Below are positions 25,268 through 33,471 of a stretch of 33,593 bases of DNA, in pieces. Under the pieces are notes generated by a model, which ran no database searches, was not told where the DNA came from, and saw only the letters and a program-made list of their open reading frames with translations. Both the position numbers and the translations under genes were made by a program. How positions within the stretch are numbered: the stretch's first letter is position 1; each line of letters opens with the position of its first letter. Location of the stretch: IMG/VR virus record IMGVR_UViG_3300017782_000093. One strand, 5' to 3'. Source of the DNA: a virus.

Positions 25268-26092
25268 CTATTCTGTTATTTGACATTCTATCGCACCATC
25301 ATTGTCAATCATCGTAGCACCCATAGACATATATGAAGTGATTAGATTACTGACCTTTTCAGGGATATAGTTTACTTCTGTTCTGATATCAGAACCCATA
25401 GCAAGACCAACTGATGATCTGTGCCAAGCATGACAATCTCTAGTTGTACTAGAAATAGATAAACCAGAGAATGTAAACCACATAAATCCTAGCCATCTTT
25501 TTGCTGTCAAGCCACCTGCATATGGTAATTCTGATTCGCCAACATAGTTTGATCTTGAAAATTGATCAATACCAAGTAAGTCAGACCAACCTGCAGGAGA
25601 TACAACAAAGTATCTTTGTCCATCATCAGGAACATCTGCTTCACCAAATGCTTCGTAAACTGTTAACGCCTTTGCAAGTGTAAGACCTGCAGAGCCGTGT
25701 ACGACATTGTTACTATTAGACCCCGCATCTAACACATCAATAACTAATTGATCTGTTTTTCTACCTAGAGCGGCGGCCGCTGATTGAGAAAGAACTTGTC
25801 TTTCATCAATGTTAGTTTTCAACTCATCTAGTCTATCGACATAATCTGCCGCATAGAAATCTGATAGAGTTACATCAACTGTATTGTGCGTGATTTCCAT
25901 AGTTGGAACATTAGCGTGCCTTGACTTTTCAGTCGCAGAACCTTTGCCCACCTTTTGGAATCTCGCTTGATTGCCTTTTACATTGTTAAGCTGTCTTACT
26001 GTATTTCTCAGTTTAGAACCCATACGTTGGTATGCCATATGGACTTCTGATTCAAACTGCTTAATAAAGGCAGTAGTAATGGAAGTTGCCAT
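25268..26092 (-). CDS. Major capsid protein
   Basis: 274 aa with a strong SD (AGGAGA). It sits after the scaffold gene. The N-terminus TAFIKQFESEVHMAYQR.GSKLRNTVR is typical of the small HK97-like capsid family of BPP-1/HTVC010P-type podoviruses. Confidence 0.8.
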   Translation of the reverse strand: MATSITTAFIKQFESEVHMAYQRMGSKLRNTVRQLNNVKGNQARFQKVGKGSATEKSRHANVPTMEITHNTVDVTLSDFYAADYVDRLDELKTNIDERQVLSQSAAAALGRKTDQLVIDVLDAGSNSNNVVHGSAGLTLAKALTVYEAFGEADVPDDGQRYFVVSPAGWSDLLGIDQFSRSNYVGESELPYAGGLTAKRWLGFMWFTFSGLSISSTTRDCHAWHRSSVGLAMGSDIRTEVNYIPEKVSNLITSYMSMGATMIDNDGAIECQITE

Positions 26093-26122
26093 AACTATCT
26101 CCTATAAAGTTAATATTACAGT

Positions 26123-26659
26123 TTATGAATTGTCCGCAGATTTCTGATATCGGGTTATCCAACGAGGGCCACACACATTATCTATGGGTTCACCTTTAAA
26201 ACCTTTCGGTTCAATACTAAAATACTTCATTTTTACGTTCTTGACAAGTATCGGACGTTTAGAAATTGTAAACCCCATATATTCTACCCACCGCAGAGTT
26301 GTTATTTGCTCTTCAGTAGCCACATTCCACATAAATGAATAATGACTAGCAAGCCATTGAAACACACGTTTTTGGTGTCGCATATAGTGATAACTCTCAA
26401 AGGGTTCGTGTGTACTTAGCCACCAAGCTGTTCCTTTTTTTGGATTAGAGTGTGAACCACATCCACCAAACATAGCTACTATTGTGCCATCATCTTTATA
26501 AACACCAAAGGTATGTACATTTTTTCTATTAATTCTAAATGGATACAATAAAACCCAAAGAGGATCTTTGCCCATTACAGCAAGTTCATACTTGTCTGTT
26601 TGTTTTATTTTTGGAGCAAGTTCAAAACAATCGTCAGGAACTGCTATGTCCATATACAT
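26123..26659 (-). CDS. Hypothetical protein inserted between scaffold and capsid genes (possible GNAT-fold/DUF2833-like)
   Basis: 178 aa. The pattern ..IVAMFGG......GTAWWLST.....Y.......F.WL......MWNVATEEQITTLRWVEYMGFTI resembles acetyltransferase-fold phage proteins. This is a weak assignment made by eye. Confidence 0.35.
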   Translation of the reverse strand: MYMDIAVPDDCFELAPKIKQTDKYELAVMGKDPLWVLLYPFRINRKNVHTFGVYKDDGTIVAMFGGCGSHSNPKKGTAWWLSTHEPFESYHYMRHQKRVFQWLASHYSFMWNVATEEQITTLRWVEYMGFTISKRPILVKNVKMKYFSIEPKGFKGEPIDNVCGPRWITRYQKSADNS

Positions 26660-27444
26660 TATCTATACAATCTTTGAAATGCATCATCGACACGTTTTAC
26701 AAAAGCTTCATCTCGTTCTTTTGGATCAAAGTATCTTGGATCTTTCATCATAGAGCGAACATCTTCTATTGTCATACGATTAGCAGGTTCAGTAGGTGCT
26801 CTTGATATGTTCTGATTTTGCAGTTCCATAACACGCTCAAGTATCTCAATGCCTTGTGCCGACTGACCAAGAGTTGTTTGTATATACTCGTAGTCATCTG
26901 GTGCAAAATAGTTTTGTGTAAACGAATCTACAGCATCTAATCTAGCTTGTGCATTTTCTCCTAACTTTTCTGATTCTGCTTCAAGATTTGGCGCATATTC
27001 TCCTTGTGCAGTAATAAATGAATTTATACCATCTTCAAACATTTCTTGGTCATATGCATTTGCTTTACAATGATCGACCCACCAATCAAATAATGGATTA
27101 TCTGCCACATCTTCTTCTGTTACAGTTTCTGGTAATGAAGGTAAAGTATATTCTTCTGGCATTTCAGACTCTGCTTCTGATGATAACTCGTTTATTATTT
27201 CTTCTCTCAGTTCTTCTTTTTTTCCACCAACAAACTGTTCAAGATGAGCATTAGATTTTAATAATTCATCTGTACGTATCTCTCCCGTTTCAGCATTCCA
27301 AAACTTGTCTGGTATGTTTTCAGGTCTTTCTTGTGTAATTGTTTCACGTGGAACATTACCCTCAATAGATTGCGGATCTGGTTGTGGATCTTGTGTAATG
27401 TTTTCAGGTACGGGTTCTTGTAATTCTTCAGCATTATCTGACAT
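26659..27444 (-). CDS. Scaffolding protein
   Basis: 261 aa, very acidic (E/D/Q-rich) and predicted helical. It lies between portal and capsid genes. Confidence 0.7.
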   Translation of the reverse strand: MSDNAEELQEPVPENITQDPQPDPQSIEGNVPRETITQERPENIPDKFWNAETGEIRTDELLKSNAHLEQFVGGKKEELREEIINELSSEAESEMPEEYTLPSLPETVTEEDVADNPLFDWWVDHCKANAYDQEMFEDGINSFITAQGEYAPNLEAESEKLGENAQARLDAVDSFTQNYFAPDDYEYIQTTLGQSAQGIEILERVMELQNQNISRAPTEPANRMTIEDVRSMMKDPRYFDPKERDEAFVKRVDDAFQRLYR

Positions 27445-27721
27445 TTTGTTTCTCCTTTATAATATTTTGACTTCTACCTTTATTAAGTCTTCGTTGTATT
27501 AAACCTACAATATAGCGTTGACCTTCTATATGACGTAACTGATTATCAGATATTTCTGAACCTGCTACTGCTTCTATAGTTATTTGGCGTAGGTATTTAA
27601 GAACCTCTGCTCCTGCATCAGCTTTAAACACACTTTCAAAGATAAAATTAAGACGGGTTTCTTCGTCAGGACTTCGTTCAAAATTATCTAATCCTACTAT
27701 ACGATTAGGTTTTGTTTTCAT
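27434..27721 (-). CDS. Small conserved portal-adjacent protein (Bbp19-like)
   Basis: 95 aa. ..GAEVLKYLRQ......LRHIEGQRYIVGLIQRRL resembles the small protein found between portal and scaffold in BPP-1-like phages. Confidence 0.45.
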   Translation of the reverse strand: MKTKPNRIVGLDNFERSPDEETRLNFIFESVFKADAGAEVLKYLRQITIEAVAGSEISDNQLRHIEGQRYIVGLIQRRLNKGRSQNIIKEKQNVR

Positions 27722-27733
27722 TCTACTTTTATA

Positions 27734-29338
27734 TCACCCTGTAAATGATTTTGCAATATCTGTTGCTTGTTTTGGATCAACTCCGCCTTGTTGCATATTA
27801 GCACCCATCTGTTGTAACTGTTGTCCTGCTTCAATCATCTCTTCATCTGATCTAATTAATTCTTCTGGAACACCTAATTTTTTAGCAATAAACTTAGCCA
27901 TATCTTGTTGTTTAATTAATAAGTTTGTAATCTGTGGGCCTACTCTACCTTGTAACATTGCAACAAATCTATCAATAGTTGCAACATCTTGTTGTTGTTG
28001 TGCTTGTGCAAGTGGCGAAGATGAACGTATTTTTATTTCTCTACCATTAACAGTAGGTATATTGATTCGTCCTTGTTTTTTTAGAATGTAAATAACTCGT
28101 TGTAATACAGGATTTACAAGTTCTGCTTGTAATCTACCAAATGCCGCACCTATTTGACGAGACAGGTCAGCCATACGTTCTGCTACTTCTGTTGCAGACA
28201 TCGGTGTCTTCTCATTAGGATTACCTAACATATCATTATACAGGGCTTTTTTAATATTAGTTCGCATATCTCTTATCACTAAATCAGATACTTGAAAGTT
28301 TCCTGCAGGTGCGACAGGTGTTAAACCACTACTACCTACGGCTTTGGGAATAATTGTTCCGGGTATTAATTGTATATTATCTACATTAATTACACCATCA
28401 TCTTCTACTTGGTACATACCAGAAATTGCCATTTGTGCATTTTCTAATATTAGTTCTATAACTAGATTTGCTGTTTTAATTGCAGGCAAAGCTAATTGAA
28501 GTGGTCCACGACCATAGACTTCTCCTGCACATTTACTCCATCTATATACAATGAATGGATTAGAACCAATACCTTTAAAGGTATCTGAAAATAATTCTGC
28601 ATCATAAATTTCAGATATAACACAATATGTATATTCTTCTTGTTTTTTATTTTCGTAGTTTCTATATACTACTTCAATTATTTTACAATCTTGATCTGGA
28701 TTTTTGCTCATCTCCTGCACCATTTTTTCAGGTAGTTTAGCATTAGGATATGCAACCATTATTTGTTTAAACTTTATATATCTTTCTCTAAAAATATGAT
28801 CTATCTTATCATCATATCCAGAATCTAATAATACCTGTGGTAAAGGAATTGATCTAAATCTAATAGGTTGTACAGCATCACCTTCTTCAACAAGCAATAC
28901 TCCTGTGCCTACTGCACAATCTAAAAACGTTTCATGCACTTCTTGTGAAAAATTAGAGTTTTGTAATATCTCAAATATATATTCAGTTACTTGATCTAAG
29001 TTTTCATTAACTTCTTTTTGTTGTTCTTTTGGTATTTCTGTACCTGAAGTTAAATCTGCCCACCTTGCATAGTTTGGCACAATGCCTGCTTGTAAACGAG
29101 ATGCAAACTCTTGCACGCCTACGACAGCTGTTTCATCAAAAATAGATTCACTTCTTCTTTTTGCAATACTTTCTGAATAGAAAGATTCTCTTTGTGGCAT
29201 AGCATATTCGTAACAATCTTCAAAAATAGGAGTCCATTGGTCTTTAACAGCTTTAGCTTTTCTATAGCGTGATAACAGCTGTTTAACTTTAGATTCACTA
29301 TAATCTATAGTTACTTGTGGCTTAACATCTACAACCAT
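27734..29338 (-). CDS. Portal (head-to-tail connector) protein
   Basis: 534 aa, directly downstream of terL and the small ORF and upstream of the scaffold. Size and position fit podovirus connectors. Confidence 0.85.
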   Translation of the reverse strand: MVVDVKPQVTIDYSESKVKQLLSRYRKAKAVKDQWTPIFEDCYEYAMPQRESFYSESIAKRRSESIFDETAVVGVQEFASRLQAGIVPNYARWADLTSGTEIPKEQQKEVNENLDQVTEYIFEILQNSNFSQEVHETFLDCAVGTGVLLVEEGDAVQPIRFRSIPLPQVLLDSGYDDKIDHIFRERYIKFKQIMVAYPNAKLPEKMVQEMSKNPDQDCKIIEVVYRNYENKKQEEYTYCVISEIYDAELFSDTFKGIGSNPFIVYRWSKCAGEVYGRGPLQLALPAIKTANLVIELILENAQMAISGMYQVEDDGVINVDNIQLIPGTIIPKAVGSSGLTPVAPAGNFQVSDLVIRDMRTNIKKALYNDMLGNPNEKTPMSATEVAERMADLSRQIGAAFGRLQAELVNPVLQRVIYILKKQGRINIPTVNGREIKIRSSSPLAQAQQQQDVATIDRFVAMLQGRVGPQITNLLIKQQDMAKFIAKKLGVPEELIRSDEEMIEAGQQLQQMGANMQQGGVDPKQATDIAKSFTG

Positions 29339-29599
29339 TTATACTCCGAGAGTATTCTTAGTTTGAATATCACCTTGTACCATAAATCCTTGTCCACCTT
29401 TTCTACCAGATAATAAAGAACGTCTGCCTCTTTTACCTGAAAGATCAGCAACAGATTGTTGATACTGCTCATCTTTTAACTTAGCTTTTTCTGCCAAAGC
29501 GTCTGCACGAGCTTCTCTCCTTTGTTGCCTTAAGGTTTTTTCATAAGGACTAGGTGGTGGTGGTGGTGGTGGTTTGTATCCTCCTCCTCCTCCGCACAT
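29339..29599 (-). CDS. Small Gly5/Pro8-repeat basic protein
   Basis: 86 aa, MCGGGGGYKPPPPPPPSPYEK..., wedged between terL (2-nt gap) and portal (abutting). Confidence 0.6.
   Translation of the reverse strand: MCGGGGGYKPPPPPPPSPYEKTLRQQRREARADALAEKAKLKDEQYQQSVADLSGKRGRRSLLSGRKGGQGFMVQGDIQTKNTLGV
29553..29593. repeat. Trinucleotide microsatellites (GGT)7 and (TCC)5
   Basis: 29553-29573 is GGT x7 (coding CCA x7) and 29579-29593 is TCC x5 (coding GGA x5), at the 5' end of CDS 29339..29599. Confidence 0.9.
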
Positions 29600-29601
29600 A
29601 G

Positions 29602-31107
29602 TTACCTCCTTCTTTCATAGATGTTTTTAGGTTTAACATTAAAAACATCAAAATTACGTTTAGCTATTATAGGTTTACTATATTTTGCTCCAATCGTCAA
29701 CGACCTGCCTTCTCCTGCTCCTAATAATAAATATTGCAATGCATCGTGTATATGTGAAAATCTATTTTTATTTGGGCGTTCATCATAGCGTTCTCCAGAA
29801 ACTTGCAGTCTTCTGTAATGATACCCACCTGCAAAACCTCTAATTAAATTAATACAACTTTTATCTATAAGAATACCTGATTCGCCATCTACCATTCGTG
29901 TTAATGTAGCATTAACACTTTCTAATCGTATAAGTACATCATTACTTGGTGCAGGGCGTGCAGTTATTCCTTTACCTCGCAGTATTTGAAATGGGGTATT
30001 TTCATCTGTTTGTACTCTATGATCTCCTGCAGGATCTCCAAATATATGAAATGGTCTTGGTAAATATTTTGCCATTGATTGTTTCATTAAGTCGGAAAAT
30101 TTTACAATACCCATATCTTCCGCCACTAACTCTTCTAATACAATCCAACGTGTTCTTATTTTTTGTGCAAACACACACGCAGGTGTCAAACCAAAATCTA
30201 TACCCATATAGATAGGTAATGTTTCAGCTATAGCTAATTCACCTGTTGCAACGTGTACATCCTGTCTAAATGCTTCATATACAGGTTTACCATCTTCTAC
30301 TTGTCCCAGTTTGTTTAAAACATATACATCTATCCACGATTTAGTTTTACCTCTTATAATATTACTATAATAGTTTTCAGTAAGATTGTTTTTATTCTCA
30401 GATAGATTATACTTTTTATATTCAACCACCTGATTGTTCTTGTCTTTAATTTCTTCCATAGCAGGTGGTTGATTAAAAAATTTCCAATTATCTGGTTTGA
30501 TAAGCATTTTTGCTTCTTGTTTACTTATGTAATCAGGTATAACAGTTTCACCTGCCATAATTGCCCACCAATGATCTGTATCTGGTGGGTTGGTATCGCA
30601 AACAACACCATACCATGTCGGACCACCATCACGCATAGAAGGAAAACGACCCACACGCATAGAACAAGCATCAACAATACTTTTAGGAATTTCTCGTGCC
30701 TCATTAATCCACACTCCTGTCAATTCCAGAGATAACAATTTTTTTACATCTTCAGGTCTATCAAGAGCCAAAAAGATTACCTCACAATCTATATCTCCTT
30801 TTTTTAATTTATGTGTGTAAGGTACACTCCACGTAAAGTTTCCCCAATCTTCTTCCGGAAACCAATCCAACCAAGTCTTAATTGTTGTTGTTTTAAGCTG
30901 TGGATTAGTATTACGAATAACTGCCCAACGTGTTTTTCGTATGCCCTCGTCATTTGGTTTTTGAGATATAGCTCGTTTTATTATTTCAATACAACAAGCT
31001 ACTGATTTGCCAGAACCTACCGGTCCTCGCACTCCTCTAAAAAAAGTATCATCTTTAAGAAAATTTTTTAATACCTGTCCATCAGGTTTATAATTTAGTG
31101 ATGCCAT
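29602..31107 (-). CDS. terL: Terminase large subunit
   Basis: Walker A GVRGPVGSGKSVA, Walker B-like LTGVWINEA, and a C-terminal nuclease region with HIHDALQY. 501 aa. Confidence 0.95.
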   Translation of the reverse strand: MASLNYKPDGQVLKNFLKDDTFFRGVRGPVGSGKSVACCIEIIKRAISQKPNDEGIRKTRWAVIRNTNPQLKTTTIKTWLDWFPEEDWGNFTWSVPYTHKLKKGDIDCEVIFLALDRPEDVKKLLSLELTGVWINEAREIPKSIVDACSMRVGRFPSMRDGGPTWYGVVCDTNPPDTDHWWAIMAGETVIPDYISKQEAKMLIKPDNWKFFNQPPAMEEIKDKNNQVVEYKKYNLSENKNNLTENYYSNIIRGKTKSWIDVYVLNKLGQVEDGKPVYEAFRQDVHVATGELAIAETLPIYMGIDFGLTPACVFAQKIRTRWIVLEELVAEDMGIVKFSDLMKQSMAKYLPRPFHIFGDPAGDHRVQTDENTPFQILRGKGITARPAPSNDVLIRLESVNATLTRMVDGESGILIDKSCINLIRGFAGGYHYRRLQVSGERYDERPNKNRFSHIHDALQYLLLGAGEGRSLTIGAKYSKPIIAKRNFDVFNVKPKNIYERRR

Positions 31108-31282
31108 AATTTACTGCTAGTTCATATAGTTTTTCTCTAGCTTGTTCTGATAGAGATTCTATTATTCTATCAGCTTCATAGTTTGTTACCATCTCTTTCG
31201 GATAATGTTTCATATGTTGTGATTTAACTACAGTTCGTAGTGTGTCTATTTCTCTAATACTATATTTGGTAAATATTGTCAT
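31088..31282 (-). CDS. Hypothetical protein
   Basis: 64-aa ORF with overlapping start and stop on both neighbours. Confidence 0.55.
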   Translation of the reverse strand: MTIFTKYSIREIDTLRTVVKSQHMKHYPKEMVTNYEADRIIESLSEQAREKLYELAVNYGITKL

Positions 31283-31677
31283 ACTTTTCTAAATCTCCTT
31301 ACTTTTCTTGCGATTGATTTAGGTTGTTTACTAAATTGCTTTCCACTAGCTTTATCTTTACGTTTCTTAGCTGACGTTTGTGCATATTCTTTCGCTGATA
31401 GATTTTTAATAGCTTTGGATGGTAAATAACGTTCTCCCGTTTCTGATGATTTTTTTCCTGACTTTGTACGCCATTTTTGTTTAGACCATTTAGATAAAGA
31501 GTTTTTGGAGTTTTTGGACCCCACGTAGCCTCCTCCTGCTTTCTTGTATGCTTTGACTGCCGCTTGTGCTTTTCTGCCTGACCATTGACCTGCCGCCGTT
31601 CCGTGTGATGCTTGTGCTTTCACTCGAGCAACTATTCTTTTCCATAGAGAGGGATTTTTTTTTTTTGCTGAACTCAT
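31279..31677 (-). CDS. Highly basic small protein (DUF5872-like motif)
   Basis: 132 aa, roughly 30% K+R by hand count. GQWSGRKAQAAVKAYKKAGGGY....SL.KW..QKW.T..G....GERYLP resembles a conserved phage/giant-virus family. Confidence 0.65.
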   Translation of the reverse strand: MSSAKKKNPSLWKRIVARVKAQASHGTAAGQWSGRKAQAAVKAYKKAGGGYVGSKNSKNSLSKWSKQKWRTKSGKKSSETGERYLPSKAIKNLSAKEYAQTSAKKRKDKASGKQFSKQPKSIARKVRRFRKV

Positions 31678-31895
31678 CTTTTTGCCCTATTTGTTGATCT
31701 ACTTACTACTTGTATATTTTTTTTTGAATTATTTTGAGGGTTGCCATCTTTATGATCTATATCTTTATTATCACCTTTTTGTACTTTTTTTAGTTTAAGA
31801 TAAAGTCTGCGTAGTTTATTTCTTTTTGCACGATCTTTTTTTGACGAAGTAGAAGATTGGAATTTTTCATACTCCTTCTTATAATCTCTAGTCAT
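31674..31895 (-). CDS. Small basic protein with minimal HNH-like motif
   Basis: 73 aa. KGDNKDIDHKDGNPQNNSKKNIQVVSRSTNR matches the D-H...N...N core of HNH nucleases. Confidence 0.55.
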   Translation of the reverse strand: MTRDYKKEYEKFQSSTSSKKDRAKRNKLRRLYLKLKKVQKGDNKDIDHKDGNPQNNSKKNIQVVSRSTNRAKR

Positions 31896-32082
31896 TGTTA
31901 TTTAGAATATGTGCTTTTGCCATTTTCATTGCAGTTTCTTTCGAATGACCTTTCATTACTTTGTATTCTGCATATTCTTTTATTTGTTTCATTCTATGTA
32001 ATTCAAGGTCTGCTTTTTCAGTACGTACCATAGTTTCGGCAAGTTTTTTATTGCGTGCAAGAACTTTGTTATCTTTTGGCAT
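31888..32082 (-). CDS. Small basic hypothetical protein
   Basis: 64-aa ORF with an 8-nt overlap on the downstream gene. Confidence 0.55.
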   Translation of the reverse strand: MPKDNKVLARNKKLAETMVRTEKADLELHRMKQIKEYAEYKVMKGHSKETAMKMAKAHILNNND

Positions 32083-32089
32083 TGTTAGG

Positions 32090-32902
32090 TTATTGACCTT
32101 TTAGTTTTTTGATTTGGGCATCTGACATTCCCATCTTTTTAAGTTGTGCTACTGATAAGTCCTCTAGTGCTGATGCTTTAAGGTTTCTTGACATTAGATT
32201 ACCAACAAGTGGTACTCTTTTTAATCCGCCTTTTAATAAAGTTTTACCAACTCTACCTGCTTTTTTTGCTTTAGATAAAACAGTTTTACCAACAGTTTTT
32301 GCTTTGTCTTTTATTTTTTTAGCTATTCTTTTTGCCTTTGTTTTTTTAGAATCTTTAGGTTTTGATTGCTCATTACTTCCTTGTTTGACATTTCCTTCTT
32401 TATCTACATTCATCGTTTTAGAGCGATCTGTAATAGCTAGTTTTTTTCTTTTATCTTCAATAGCAGTTTTTTTACCAATTTTTTGTGCATCTGTTACAAT
32501 TTTTGCTATTGAACCTGCAAGTGCCGCTCCACCTACAACTTTCAATGCTGTATTATCACCACCTTTTCTAGCATCTCTTGATTGACTTTCTCGTGCTTTT
32601 TCTCCTGAAGGTGTGCCTACTTGTCCGGGTTTTCTTATATCATCATAATTAGTTTGTTGTGTTCCAGAACCTTTGCGATTAAGTAATGATTTGGAAGAAG
32701 ACTTTCCTTTTCCTTTAGCTTGTTCTGAATAAGATGGATATTTTTTAGGATCATCTTTTGTACTAATCTTAACTTTTGTTTTACCATTTTCATCTTTTTT
32801 ATATTTAAGATCATACTTTCTTTTACCCATAGCACGTAGTTTATAGTTCGTAGGTTCTTTACGCAGTGCTTCTGAATAAGACATTTGTGAATAACTAGCC
32901 AT
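32090..32902 (-). CDS. Lys-rich, low-complexity basic protein
   Basis: 270 aa with SD AAAGGA. Long K/S/G-rich tracts around one hydrophobic stretch (VVGGAALAGSIAKIV). Confidence 0.65.
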   Translation of the reverse strand: MASYSQMSYSEALRKEPTNYKLRAMGKRKYDLKYKKDENGKTKVKISTKDDPKKYPSYSEQAKGKGKSSSKSLLNRKGSGTQQTNYDDIRKPGQVGTPSGEKARESQSRDARKGGDNTALKVVGGAALAGSIAKIVTDAQKIGKKTAIEDKRKKLAITDRSKTMNVDKEGNVKQGSNEQSKPKDSKKTKAKRIAKKIKDKAKTVGKTVLSKAKKAGRVGKTLLKGGLKRVPLVGNLMSRNLKASALEDLSVAQLKKMGMSDAQIKKLKGQ

Positions 32903-32909
32903 AGAGTTA

Positions 32910-33101
32910 TTATCCTTTCTTTTTCTTTTTTGTCAACATAAGGACTTTTCTTTTAACTTTTGGCGGCAGTTCTTTTAGATGAAATAATTTTTTACTAGAA
33001 GAAGAGTGTGTCTTGCCAGAGTGTAAAGAACCATCAGGCATCTTATGAGTTCCACCCTTATGTTCTTTACCATCTTTGGTGTAATGAGGTACGCCTTTCA
33101 T
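32910..33101 (-). CDS. Small His/Lys-rich basic protein
   Basis: 63 aa, HYTKDGKEHKGGTHKMPDGSLHSGKTH, with a poly-K C-terminus. Confidence 0.55.
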   Translation of the reverse strand: MKGVPHYTKDGKEHKGGTHKMPDGSLHSGKTHSSSSKKLFHLKELPPKVKRKVLMLTKKKKKG

Positions 33102-33153
33102 TACTTCTTCTTCTTTTTCTTTTTCATTGGTTTTGGCATTTTATATCCGGGCA

Positions 33154-33471
33154 TTATTTCTTACCTTTCTTTTTTTTATTTTTTAATCGTATAGACATTG
33201 CTTTAGCTTTTGTACGAGCATCTGCTTTACTCGAGGCACCCCACGCTCTTAATGACAAAAGTAAACGAGTAGGTCTTCCTTTACTATCTCTCTCAGGTCC
33301 GGGCATATTACCCATCCGTGCTAAAAAAGATGCTCTTCGTGGATTATCGCCAGACTTAACAGGTGCTTTTAATGTACCACCCGTTTGTGCTTTATAAGAA
33401 GCACGACCCTTTGCATTCAATCCACCTTTAGGATTCTTACCTGCCTTTCTTTGCCACGCAGGAGAGGGCAC
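33154..33471 (-). CDS. Small basic protein (conserved W-RK-GKN..GGLN.KGR motif), GTG start
   Basis: 105 aa. PAWQRKAGKNPKGGLNAKGR...RRASFLARM....KGRPTRLLLSLRAW. The frame stays open upstream through the repeat, but no ATG occurs before the stop at 233-235 when the genome is read as a circle. Confidence 0.6.
   Translation of the reverse strand: MPSPAWQRKAGKNPKGGLNAKGRASYKAQTGGTLKAPVKSGDNPRRASFLARMGNMPGPERDSKGRPTRLLLSLRAWGASSKADARTKAKAMSIRLKNKKKKGKK

Noticed and set aside
21242-29599. Two proteins starting with M-C-G (MCGAILGFFG at 21730, MCGGGGG at 29599), reminiscent of Ntn class-II amidotransferase N-termini
   Set aside because: The remainder of both proteins is coiled-coil or low-complexity with no amidotransferase fold features, so this is probably coincidence.
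32109-32585. 158-aa plus-strand ORF (and the 32635..32835 minus-frame ORF) inside the Lys-rich gene
   Set aside because: These are mirror or alternative frames of a low-complexity AAA/AAG-rich coding region, which naturally lacks stops in other frames. There are no initiation signals.
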